In this document: one piece after another, positions 1 to 9,100 of the stretch
Numbering within the stretch: position 1 is the stretch's first letter
How the letters are laid out: the number at the start of each line of letters is the position of its first letter
Source: a virus
Taxonomy: Duplodnaviria; Caudoviricetes
IMG/VR virus record: IMGVR_UViG_3300030616_000032
Coordinates: 1 to 51,358 of that record
Direction: 5' to 3' (one strand)
DNA: 51,358 nt
The notes under the pieces: generated by a model
What the model was told of the DNA's origin: nothing
The model's input: the letters and a program-made list of their open reading frames with translations, nothing else
Database searches by the model: none
Program-made: the position numbers and the translations under genes

Positions 1-140
1 CTGAAAGGAATCTTCGATTCATTGTTTCACCTCTTTTTCAGATCCGTCGTCATACACCGCAACTTTCACGATCTCCCAGAACTCTATCGGCCACTGCTTA
101 GTATCCTTCTTCATCCAATACCGCTGTCGCTGCTTGATCG
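1..140. repeat. Terminal direct repeat, left copy (circular assembly overlap)
   Basis: Identical to 51219-51358 except one base (T at 14 vs G at 51232). Confidence 0.95.
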
Positions 141-708
141 AGGCGTATTTGCCAGACGTTGTAAACAGTATGTCTATGCGGCCACGTTGACTCATTCGGT
201 CACGCGGAACACTCCAATACTTCTCACCCTTCACGTCGCTGTTGTAGTCCGGCACATGGACAAGAAATTTGTGGCGCCACTTGCCGTCCACACATATCAG
301 CGCCTCATGGTACTGCCTCAGTTCAGGTGGCAGGGCCACTGTAAAATGACACCTCTGGATACGCCTCTCCTGCAGGTGCAACTTGTCCGCGAACTTCTGA
401 TTCGCATAGATCCCTTTGGCCTCCACAGGCCCGTCCAGCTTGCTGTAGCAGGTACAGAACAGCTTCGCGTTGAATCTGTGGACAATCTGATACTTGTAGC
501 TAACTATTTTGGGTTTGGGGTGAGCCGGTGTGGCTTGGGTAGGGAAAGGAGTAGTAACCTCTGCTTTTTGCGGCAGAGGCGGGGACCACACCGGCTCGGT
601 AATTTCTTCTTCTGTGTGAGTGCCGTTGCTCAGGCAGCAGACGGACCATGCTGACATCGCCACCAGAGCCAGCCATGCCAATGTCCGCAGGTCGCCCAAG
701 CGTCTCAT
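19..708 (-). CDS. Exported 3D-domain-like (MltA-type) putative cell-wall hydrolase
   Basis: N-terminal hydrophobic signal/anchor, Pro-rich linker, then TCYS...VALPP...DRM..RGRIDILF resembling 3D domain motifs; RBS GAGGAG. Confidence 0.5.
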   Translation of the reverse strand: MRRLGDLRTLAWLALVAMSAWSVCCLSNGTHTEEEITEPVWSPPLPQKAEVTTPFPTQATPAHPKPKIVSYKYQIVHRFNAKLFCTCYSKLDGPVEAKGIYANQKFADKLHLQERRIQRCHFTVALPPELRQYHEALICVDGKWRHKFLVHVPDYNSDVKGEKYWSVPRDRMSQRGRIDILFTTSGKYASIKQRQRYWMKKDTKQWPIEFWEIVKVAVYDDGSEKEVKQ

Positions 709-727
709 TCACTTCTCCTCAATCAAA

Positions 728-841
728 GTGCTTGGCGGGGCAGGGCTGCTTTCGCTTATCTGCCCTGATCCACCGTGCACAGTGTATACGGAACGTGCCG
801 TGTCTACGACCCCGGCTTAGAGGTCCGCCACCCGCCAGCAC
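728..841 (-). ncRNA. Inverted-repeat-closed structured element (family member A)
   Basis: Minus strand GTGCTGGCGGGTGG...CCCTGCCCCGCCAAGCAC closing stem, same arms as the 46.0-47.3 kb elements. Confidence 0.45.
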
Positions 842-847
842 CATACT

Positions 848-991
848 TTACCGATTCTTCCCGCCGCCTCGTCCGCCGCCCTTGCCGTACCCGGGGCCAC
901 CGCTCGGACAGGCCTTCTTGTTCTTGTTCCTGCGCCCACCGCCGGGCATTCCACGGCCCTTGCCTGCGCCCTTCTTCTGTCCGTAAGCCAT
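848..991 (-). CDS. Small Gly/Lys/Arg-rich basic protein (47 aa, MAYGQKKGAGKGRG...)
   Basis: Translated by hand; GGAGG RBS upstream; below ORF track cutoff. Confidence 0.65.
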   Translation of the reverse strand: MAYGQKKGAGKGRGMPGGGRRNKNKKACPSGGPGYGKGGGRGGGKNR

Positions 992-1015
992 ATCAAATTC
1001 CTCCAAAATAAAGAG

Positions 1016-2074
1016 TTACTTATCCTTCTTTTCCCGCCGACGCCGCTCTACAGCGCATTCCTGGCAGAGATTTTCGTCCTTGCCGTACTTGCAATCGCCG
1101 GTCAAGCCGCAGATCGCGCACTTGTTGTTGATCTGGCTCTCAAACATGTCTGTCTGACCGTCGTTTTGGGCGTCCAGGGGCGACATCTCGTCTTCTACGT
1201 CCTCTGGGCTATCCGAATCGTCATCCTCCCGTAGAATGGCCGTTTCGGGCGTCTCAGCAGCCTTCGTTTCCTTACGAACCTTGTCCAGCTTGCCCTTCAG
1301 GTCTTTCTGCTTGTCCGTAGGGCCAGCCGGGACGTTGCCAAACACCTCTTCCAGCGTGGTCGTCTCCTCGTTCACGGCATTCACCACGCCACGCAAGATT
1401 ATCAGATGGTCGATTGTCAGCTCTTCAGCGGCCTTGACCTCGGAGGGATTGTCCTCAAGCGAGTTCAGCATGGCGAATAGCTGCTTCTGCTTGTATCCCC
1501 GGGCGTCAAACCATGCCAGCGCGGCCTTTCTCTTCTCGGCAATCGTGCGTTCGTCGCCCATGCCGACCTTCTTGACCTGCTCAACAACGTCCTTGAAGAT
1601 CGCGCTCGGAACGACTTTGAAGATAGCATTGCGGAAGGCAATGGCGCACCCGGCGTTGCTGGTCGTATTGACCATATCGTCCGAATAGCGCCTACCGCTC
1701 TTTGTTGTGATCCTGCGACGCACCTCAACGCTGGTCGCCACGTTGTTCTCAAGGTCGTGGCATACGCCTTGGCAGATCACGCTCGTCTCGTCATAGCCGA
1801 TCACCCTTGCAGCCGCCCTGAGATTCCCGTAGGAAGCGGCTATGATCTCAGCCATCCGCACAGACGGTCCTTCAATGACCTTGCCGTCACGGGGAAGCGC
1901 ATAGAAACATGCCTCTGCGGTCTTGGGGTCAAGTGTAGCAATCTCAAGGATTTTCTCCCTCGCCCGCTTCATGCTGCGGGGGAATTTTCTTGCGGTTTGG
2001 ATTTGAATATCAACCTCCGCCCGATTGATCGCTTCCAGCGCGTCACTGGTTCCAATAACTTCCGTCTCAATCAT
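1016..2074 (-). CDS. Conserved phage protein next to YqaJ, putative recombination/annealing protein
   Basis: ARKFPRS...FYALPRDGKVIEGPSVRMAE motif; position after exonuclease; acidic tail and C-terminal Cys motif; likely start MIETEV. Confidence 0.55.
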   Translation of the reverse strand: MIETEVIGTSDALEAINRAEVDIQIQTARKFPRSMKRAREKILEIATLDPKTAEACFYALPRDGKVIEGPSVRMAEIIAASYGNLRAAARVIGYDETSVICQGVCHDLENNVATSVEVRRRITTKSGRRYSDDMVNTTSNAGCAIAFRNAIFKVVPSAIFKDVVEQVKKVGMGDERTIAEKRKAALAWFDARGYKQKQLFAMLNSLEDNPSEVKAAEELTIDHLIILRGVVNAVNEETTTLEEVFGNVPAGPTDKQKDLKGKLDKVRKETKAAETPETAILREDDDSDSPEDVEDEMSPLDAQNDGQTDMFESQINNKCAICGLTGDCKYGKDENLCQECAVERRRREKKDK

Positions 2075-2093
2075 TGCATTGTCTTCGTTCAAT

Positions 2094-3164
2094 TTACAGC
2101 TCCCTTTTCCAAAGTTTCCAAGGCCACAGAAAAGTGCGGCTGGCCTTTGTGTTCGTGTTTTCGTCGATAATGTCATTGACCTTTCTGGTCCAGCTGTGGT
2201 CGTCCTCAGAGAAAAGGGCCTTCAGCTGCATCGCAACAGCCTTCCAGTCCGTGCGCGTCGCCTCCTTAGTCTTCCACGTCACCTTCTCGCCGTCACCGGC
2301 GTCAATGCCCTCGTCAGTGCCGATCAGTCGCTGCAGGTCATGCTTCTTTTTCTCGACCCTGGCCTTCGCCCGCTCCAACGCCAGCCAGTGTTTCTTGGCA
2401 ACCGACAGGTGCTTTGCCTCGGCCTCTGTGGCCTTACGAATGGTCTCAGGCTTTGTCTGGTGTGTCATCAGGTCTGGAGGTAGAACGTGAGGGACAATGT
2501 ATGTTTCCCAGAACTCTTTTTCGGCCTCAATCAAAGACGCCTCGATCTCCATGTTGCGCTTGATCGTGTAGACCCTGAAGTCAAGGTTGTTGCGGATGAG
2601 GCTCGTCACCAGATCAAGCGGCACCCCACCTTCCATTACGGCCACCAAGACAGAGAAAATTTGCTCGTCTGCGAACACTACCGGAACGTCCACGCTTTCG
2701 GCGTTGGCAACAGCCATTGCGTGTCGCACCTGTATGTCATAGACTTCGGGGATCTCGTCGCTTCCGTCCTCTCCCCATTCGTCAACGTAATAGATGCTGG
2801 CAGATTTGGCCTCTACCAGCGTCCGTGGTTCTTCAAACGGAGAGGAGGTAAACCCGTCTGGGGTGGCCGTCATCCACTCGTATTTCCCATGCCGAAGCAT
2901 CAGTGAATCACCGATCCCCACCTTTGCGCTCTGCCTATAAGCATCCAAGATAGCCGGTTCAAGCACATGCCCCCGGTGCATGGCAGGTGTCATTTCCTGC
3001 TCACCAGCCTCGTTCCACTTATCAAGGGCCACATCCCGTGCGCTTCGCCAATTAGAAAATCCGAGCGCACTAGGCGCATCACTTGCGCCCAGGCTTTTGC
3101 GCCGAGCCTCCAGCCACGCAGGGCTATTCGGTGCCACGTCAACTACAATCGGTTCATCGGCCAT
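2094..3164 (-). CDS. YqaJ-like viral recombinase / lambda-exonuclease family
   Basis: WLEARRKSLGASD, RGHVLEP, ATPDG, LVEAKS, YDIQVRHAM motifs. Confidence 0.9.
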   Translation of the reverse strand: MADEPIVVDVAPNSPAWLEARRKSLGASDAPSALGFSNWRSARDVALDKWNEAGEQEMTPAMHRGHVLEPAILDAYRQSAKVGIGDSLMLRHGKYEWMTATPDGFTSSPFEEPRTLVEAKSASIYYVDEWGEDGSDEIPEVYDIQVRHAMAVANAESVDVPVVFADEQIFSVLVAVMEGGVPLDLVTSLIRNNLDFRVYTIKRNMEIEASLIEAEKEFWETYIVPHVLPPDLMTHQTKPETIRKATEAEAKHLSVAKKHWLALERAKARVEKKKHDLQRLIGTDEGIDAGDGEKVTWKTKEATRTDWKAVAMQLKALFSEDDHSWTRKVNDIIDENTNTKASRTFLWPWKLWKREL

Positions 3165-3175
3165 AGTCAGCTCCA

Positions 3176-3439
3176 TTAAAAAGGAAATTCGTCAGAGGGC
3201 TCACTTGTCTGCGGCTCAGCGCTTTTGGGCTTAGGCGCTGACTTCGGCGTGGTCTTTATTGTCGGGTCCGAAGGGAATATGCGGTAGTCGGGGTGCGTGT
3301 CCTTGGTTTTGTTGTTTGTAAAGGCCACGAAATATCTCTTGCGACCTTCTATCTCGATGGTCATGCTCAGATACTCGTTCCCGGCACGGCTTTTCATAAT
3401 CCAGATTGCGCCGATATCCTTGTCTTTGTTATCCGCCAT
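3176..3439 (-). CDS. DUF736-like small ssDNA-binding protein
   Basis: IGAIW..SRAGNEYLS...PDYRI motifs and acidic DEFPF C-terminus. Confidence 0.7.
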   Translation of the reverse strand: MADNKDKDIGAIWIMKSRAGNEYLSMTIEIEGRKRYFVAFTNNKTKDTHPDYRIFPSDPTIKTTPKSAPKPKSAEPQTSEPSDEFPF

Positions 3440-3630
3440 TATTTGCTCTCCTTCTTGTCGTAACGATACATACCGCGACTGAATAGTCGCCAAAGAATCT
3501 CTCCGGACAACTGGATCATAAATGCAGCGGGTTTCGGCTTGTTCCAAGGGCAACAACCGGGAACAACCACTGACTTGCGCCTTTCTACCAGCCACCTCAA
3601 ATCAGCAAGCGACTCAACCTTCCGCTCCAT
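3439..3630 (-). CDS. Hypothetical protein (63 aa)
   Basis: TAATG-coupled to both neighbours, AGGAG RBS. Confidence 0.65.
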   Translation of the reverse strand: MERKVESLADLRWLVERRKSVVVPGCCPWNKPKPAAFMIQLSGEILWRLFSRGMYRYDKKESK

Positions 3631-4250
3631 TACTCGCTCTCCTTCTTGTCGCTTATGTGTTGATCAATTGAATATCCACGCTCCCAATCTAACTCATCAA
3701 TTTCTTTTGGGGCATCCAAATAGCCGTCAATGGCAGCACCCATCATTTCTGCCGCAACTTTCGGACTGACCTTCCCATAGCCTGTTCCCATGCCTGGGAT
3801 CAGCACCATTGGCCCGTCATCGCCCATATTGTCACTCTGCCAACCGTTGTGGCAGGCTATTATTGCCGCCCTGGTGGCGTTGTAAACGACCTCGGCATCT
3901 ATCTCTTTCGGTCTTCGCATTGTTGGTGTGTATGCCAGAAAAGCCGGATAGGGTCTACCCGTCTGAACTAAGAACGATGCACCAACCGGCTGCTCCCCGC
4001 AGTATTCAGCAATTATTTTGCGCTGAACACGCATTTGGATTGCTTCCCCAAAACATTCCCGAACAGCATAATCAAATCCGCCGTCCATTATTCCAAAGCT
4101 ATTGCCGGGGGTCACAAGAATATCGCCACGACAGGAATCAAGAGCGCGATCTAAGTCGAGTTGTGCAATTTCCACATGTGAGTTCATGTGCAATCGTTCA
4201 TGCCACGCATCACATATTTTTTTGTCGGTATCAAACAGCAGAAATATCAT
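3630..4250 (-). CDS. Macrodomain protein (ADP-ribose binding/hydrolase)
   Basis: VTPGNSFGIMDGGFD, PVG, PTMR, IPGMGTGYG macro-domain motifs. Confidence 0.9.
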   Translation of the reverse strand: MIFLLFDTDKKICDAWHERLHMNSHVEIAQLDLDRALDSCRGDILVTPGNSFGIMDGGFDYAVRECFGEAIQMRVQRKIIAEYCGEQPVGASFLVQTGRPYPAFLAYTPTMRRPKEIDAEVVYNATRAAIIACHNGWQSDNMGDDGPMVLIPGMGTGYGKVSPKVAAEMMGAAIDGYLDAPKEIDELDWERGYSIDQHISDKKESE

Positions 4251-4708
4251 CGTTCGCCCTTTTTCTTGTCCGCGAAATCGTGAATGAAACGACAGATATT
4301 TTTATCTCTATTTAGAACCATAATAGCACAACATATTGCCATTGGTAATTTGTCGCTTTCCGCAACAAGATAATTTTTTGATGGGATTTCAATTCTCCAC
4401 AAGCGATCTTTTTTGGCTAAAATTGCTTTATCGTCAAACAGTCCAAATGCCGTTGCTGCTTGAAACGCATTTTCGATGCATTTTGAATATGGCGGCGCAG
4501 GACTTGATGCTTTATACTCAACATCCCATTCAAGACGACAGGTTACGCAATGCTGAAAATCTTGCGCACACTGCTTTACTTCAGAAAATGACTTCCCACA
4601 TCGACAACAATGGGTAAAATTGTTTCTTCCAATAATAGGATACGGGCAATCTTTGTCGTGTCGTACACCAATAATATCAGCCACATGTTCGTCTATAGTC
4701 ACAAACAT
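4247..4708 (-). CDS. Phage protein, ABA-sandwich-like domain
   Basis: PPYSKCIENAF...LPMAICCAIM pattern; N-terminal Cys motifs. Confidence 0.5.
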   Translation of the reverse strand: MFVTIDEHVADIIGVRHDKDCPYPIIGRNNFTHCCRCGKSFSEVKQCAQDFQHCVTCRLEWDVEYKASSPAPPYSKCIENAFQAATAFGLFDDKAILAKKDRLWRIEIPSKNYLVAESDKLPMAICCAIMVLNRDKNICRFIHDFADKKKGER

Positions 4709-4710
4709 GC

Positions 4711-4947
4711 TTATTTCCCCTTCTTGTCCGCGAAATCTCGAACGCTACACTTGTAGATAGCCGCCAAAGAAAGCGCGTACTCCATGCCGGGAACGTGCTT
4801 GCCCGACTCGTAGTTATGCAGAAGTTGTGGCGACGCCTTGGTATGTCCCATGTCCCACAGAAGCCCCACAACATTGTTGATCGTCAGGCCAAGCTTCTCC
4901 CTTCGCGCCTTGAGCTTGTCCTTGGAAAAGTCAATCTTTTCCATCAT
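4711..4947 (-). CDS. XRE/Cro-type HTH regulator
   Basis: LKARREKLGLT...LHNYESGKHVP...LAAIYKCSV. Confidence 0.85.
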   Translation of the reverse strand: MMEKIDFSKDKLKARREKLGLTINNVVGLLWDMGHTKASPQLLHNYESGKHVPGMEYALSLAAIYKCSVRDFADKKGK

Positions 4948-5134
4948 TGCTTTCCTTGCTGATCAGGTAGTTGAACAACAGGTCTATCTTGGCCTCCATT
5001 CGTTCGAGCTTCAGCGCCATTCGCACCGGCGGGAACAAGTCCAGTATGCCTCGCTGCGCGTGTTCGCGTTTCAACTCGGCCTCGTTTTTGGCGAAGTCAG
5101 CTTCAATGTTTTCTTTCAGTTCTTTGAGGCTCAT
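4931..5134 (-). CDS. Hypothetical coiled-coil protein
   Basis: Start MSLKELKE with purine-rich RBS, first gene after promoter. Confidence 0.6.
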   Translation of the reverse strand: MSLKELKENIEADFAKNEAELKREHAQRGILDLFPPVRMALKLERMEAKIDLLFNYLISKESNDGKD

Positions 5135-5170
5135 TTTGGCCCTTCCCTTTCTTGTCCGTTTCATGCCGGG

Positions 5171-5199
5171 AGTATGCAACATGATTGGTAGAATGTCAA
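5171..5199 (-). promoter_or_regulatory. Sigma70-type promoter
   Basis: TTGACA-17 nt-CATACT on minus strand, AT-rich upstream. Confidence 0.75.
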
Positions 5200-5262
5200 G
5201 GGAAATTCTAAAGAATATTGTAGCGCCGACACAAACTGCTGTGAGTTAGCGTGTTATGCGGG

Positions 5263-5304
5263 AAAAAAGGCGGGTTCAGAGCGGACAAGATCTCCGAACC
5301 CGCC
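5263..5304 (-). terminator. Rho-independent terminator ending the late operon
   Basis: GGCGGGTTC...GAACCCGCC stem followed by T6. Confidence 0.8.
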
Positions 5305-5326
5305 GGTATGACCGACGGTGTGGCCG

Positions 5327-5542
5327 TCAGTCTTTTTTCTTCGTCTCGCTCCAAATGTAGACGCAGGCAACCGCGCAGATGCTTGCGAACTTGACCTGAT
5401 CGAGTTCACTGACCGCCAGGTACACCAATGCGGCAATCACATACATCCGCTTACTCACCAGTCCCCTCAGCGCGTTCTCGGTGCCGCTGTAAATACTGGT
5501 CAGCAATTCCATGATCTTACTCTTCGCCTTCTTCTCAGGCAT
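5327..5542 (-). CDS. Putative holin
   Basis: 71 aa, two short hydrophobic segments, charged C-terminus, last gene of late operon. Confidence 0.55.
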   Translation of the reverse strand: MPEKKAKSKIMELLTSIYSGTENALRGLVSKRMYVIAALVYLAVSELDQVKFASICAVACVYIWSETKKKD

Positions 5543-5555
5543 GTCACGCTCCTAT

Positions 5556-6014
5556 CTAAAGAATCTTTGCAACTGCGGCCTTCAACATCCTGGCCGCACC
5601 CCAAATAACTATCAACGCAAATATGAGAACCACCACGACAAGCCCGATGCCATACCAGATAGAATTTGTATCGTGGCTGGTTTTCACGCCACCCTCCACA
5701 TCGCCTGTCTTTGTACTCCCCTGAAGAGTCTCAAACCTTTGATTGATCGTCGTCATAATCGTCGTCTTGAACTCGGCGAACGATTGCTGGTACTTGATCA
5801 GGTCGCCGTTCAGCGTGTCAATTTCTTCTCGCATTTCCTGCTGGTTTTCCATCGACGCCTTGACCGCCGTTTCCAGCTCGTTCGACGGCTTGACGCTCTG
5901 CCCGTTGCAGCCGACGAGGAACAGCACGAACATCAGCAGGGCAAGCAGGGCAAGAAAGCCCCAGCCGAGTATTTCCCGTGTCTCCACTACGTTCTCCTTG
6001 TTATAGGCATTCAT
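5556..6014 (-). CDS. Lipoprotein with C-terminal TM helix, candidate unimolecular spanin
   Basis: Hydrophobic stretch ending in LVGC lipobox, coiled-coil middle, C-terminal TM segment. Confidence 0.5.
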   Translation of the reverse strand: MNAYNKENVVETREILGWGFLALLALLMFVLFLVGCNGQSVKPSNELETAVKASMENQQEMREEIDTLNGDLIKYQQSFAEFKTTIMTTINQRFETLQGSTKTGDVEGGVKTSHDTNSIWYGIGLVVVVLIFALIVIWGAARMLKAAVAKIL

Positions 6015-6166
6015 CGCATCCTCTTCTTATCTTTTCTATCTGCAAGCCGCTTGAACATCTGCATCTGCCGGTCTGTGACCGTATATTCGCATTTCGGGCA
6101 TTTCCATTCGTCCTTTTTCTGCACGAACTCAACGTCACGCTGCGGACATTTTATTGCGACGGCCAT
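6011..6166 (-). CDS. Small zinc-ribbon-like protein (51 aa)
   Basis: Hand translation MAVAIKCPQ...WKCPKCEY; ATGA overlap with next gene. Confidence 0.55.
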   Translation of the reverse strand: MAVAIKCPQRDVEFVQKKDEWKCPKCEYTVTDRQMQMFKRLADRKDKKRMR

Positions 6167-9100
6167 TGCTTTACGAGTTCCCGCAAACGGCGCAGACGGC
6201 TGCGATAGGCATCCTTCCGCTTGTAGCCTGCCCCGCCTTCTTCTTTTGAGCGTGTCCAGTATTTCTGAAAGGCGTCAACCATGTCCTCTTTCGAGTAGCC
6301 CTTGAGTTCCTCCATCGCCTTCTCTCGTGACTTCTGCCATGCCTCTTTGCGCTCCTCGAACTTCTCGTCGGCCTTGGAGCCCCATTCCTTGCGGTATTCA
6401 CGGTCAAGCACCGGCTCCTCGTCTGTCAGGATCTTGATCTTCCTGCCTGCATGGTTCTGCTTGGCCGTCTCGTATTGTTTGACCTGTCGGGGCGTCAGCC
6501 TGTCCTGATATGACAGCGGCCCATCATTCCACTTCGCATTTTCCAGCGCCTTCTCGTACAGGTACTTGCGGTCTTCTTCTGAAGACATCATGTAGTCCGC
6601 ACGTTCTTTGCCCACTGCGTTTCTGACAACATCCCTCACGTCCTTCAGGAACTGCGTTGCGCCCTCTATTGGAATGCCGGTCAGCCTCGATGCCTTGAAA
6701 GACTTATTCAGCGCCTGCTCGAACTTAGCCCATGCCTTGGAGTCGCCCTTCTTGTGCTTGCCGGTTCTCTTGGAATACTCTTCGTCATTCACAAGAGCAA
6801 CAATGCTTTCCCCAAGTAGCCGGAAGGTGTCGGTAGCATCTTTTACTGCATCGAACACCGGGGCGTTCATGGCGTCCTGGTCGTGGTAGTCGGATACCAC
6901 GGCCTTGAACATATCGCCGCCAAGCGGCAGATACCCGGCGAGATTCATCAGCGCATCTTTCAAGTAATCCTCGGGCTCCTTGTCGTCGCCCTTGCCGCGA
7001 ATCAATCCATACAGCGCGAGTCGTGCGGTGTTCGCCAGCGCCCCCATCATCAGAACATACCCGGCTGCGCGGGCGAATTCAGGACTGGCAATCGTGCCCT
7101 TCTTGTGATACTGGATGTTCATATTCACCAGAGCCTTGTCCATGTATGATCTGAACATTGTCAGATACCGGATCAGCTCAGACTTAGATCCGCCAAGTTG
7201 CGTCCGTGTCTCAACGTCGAAGGTCGGCTGTGTGCGCCTGACGGCTTTCTCAGCCAACGCCACCGCATTCTGAAGCGTCCCGCCCTTTGCTTCTGTTGAC
7301 AAGTGCGAAGCCAGAACGATTCTCTCTACGGTTGCCTGATCGAATCTGCTGATGAAATATCCCAGCTTGTTCCGCAGTGCCCGCTTGCCAGTCAGTATGG
7401 GCGACAAATCTCGCGCTGCAGACAGAGCGCCCAGGTCACGGTCAAACTTCATCTCGGCCCACCTGTCGCTCAGAATTTCAGACTGGCCAACGATCTCATC
7501 GATGATCTTCCGATTGGCGCTGCTTAACTCCTTGCCGCTCAGCGCTTTAAGCAGGTATATTTCGCCAACCTCGGTTGCGGCAGAAGGGTAAGACAGTGTT
7601 TGCGCCACCCACGTTGACGGCCTCAGCGACAGCGTACTGATCGTGTAGTTGCCTCGCAGTCTCGCAAAGATGCCCTCATCCGGGTTCTTCTTGATTGAAC
7701 CCCGCAGACGATCCATCATGCCTTCAAACACGCGGAACGCATCATTGCCGAACCGCGACTGGATAGATGCCCGCACTTCTGGGTCTTTGAGTATCGAGTA
7801 CATGTTTCGCATGGGCGACAAGTAGGCCGACAGTGCTGCGGATTCGTTTATGTGGTTGTCGAACACCTGAAACACATCTGGGATAATCAGTTTGGCTCTG
7901 CTGCCCACACGTTCCTGCAGGAAACCCGCGTTCTCCAACGGGTCGATCTTCTGCTGGACCATAAGCTGGTCACTGATGCTCTTCTTGATCTCATCCGAAT
8001 AGCGGAATATCCGCATATAGTTTTCTTTCCGCGCCATCTCAAAGCCGTACCGCTCAAGCGTGGCTTCATTGATGGCATTCTTGATCTCGCCGTTCATCGT
8101 GTCCTGGATGGCATTGGCGACCTTCATCTCCTCGTCGCTCATTGACTTTCTGATTGCAGCCAGATCATCCTCGGTAAGCGCCCGTGAGCGAATGTCCTGA
8201 TCGCCCTTCCGTGCGCTATAGTCGTTATAGACAAACCCGCCACTGGTCAGCAATGCGTTCAGGCCTTCGGCGTCCTGGCCGAGAAGATACAGGTACAGTT
8301 TCTGTCCCTTGGTCAAGTTGACGTTCTTGTCGTTGGCAAAGTCGAACTTCTCTGTTGCGGTTTTTCCGCCAAGCAGGTGCGACCATGTTTCGGGGATCTT
8401 CATGTCTCCAACACGCTTCTTGTATGCCGCCCAGAACGATTTGCCAACCCGACTCATCTTTGCCCTGGCATTGTTGATTTGGTCGCTGAAGAACTGCTGC
8501 ACCGGCCCGTTATCTCCCTTGTCGAACCTCACAGTAAAGGCCTCGATGTTGTATCCTATGCGGTTCCATGCCTTACCGATCGGCCCTTCCTTTTCGACAA
8601 CACGCTTGCCGCTTGGGTCTTCTTGGGGTTTGCCAACTCTTTCGATGATCGTATCTTTGACGTTTGCGCGCTTGCCAAGACGTTCCATGTGGATGTTTTC
8701 GGCAAGACCCTTCTGGGCCTGAATCAGATAGTTAATCGTGTCGGCAACCTGCTGCAACTCTTCGACGCTCATGTCGTAGATATTGCGCTTGCCTATCAAT
8801 TCCGCACCTTGCTCGACGTACCGCGCCAACTCGTCCGGCGTTTCCATCTCCTTGTTTTCGGTCTGCAGGTACTCAATGACGTTCTTCAGTCCCTTGGCCC
8901 GCTTCTTGAAATCGATGCCCTCAACAAATGCCGTCATCTCGTCGCGCAGGTGCGGAAACATCTTCTTGAATGCGTCACCGCCAGAGGAGAACTTCTTGGC
9001 CTTGTCCAGAGCCTTCTTCACACCAGCGATAGCGTCCGAATGCTCTTTCTGTGCGGCAATCACGTCTATGCGCTCAATGGCCTTGACGAAGCCCTGTTCG

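Noticed and set aside
1-140. Biological direct terminal repeat
   Set aside because: Falls inside coupled genes and has k-mer-like length; more likely assembler overlap
728-841. Canonical tRNA genes in the stem-closed elements
   Set aside because: No TTCGA T-loop or proper D/anticodon arms
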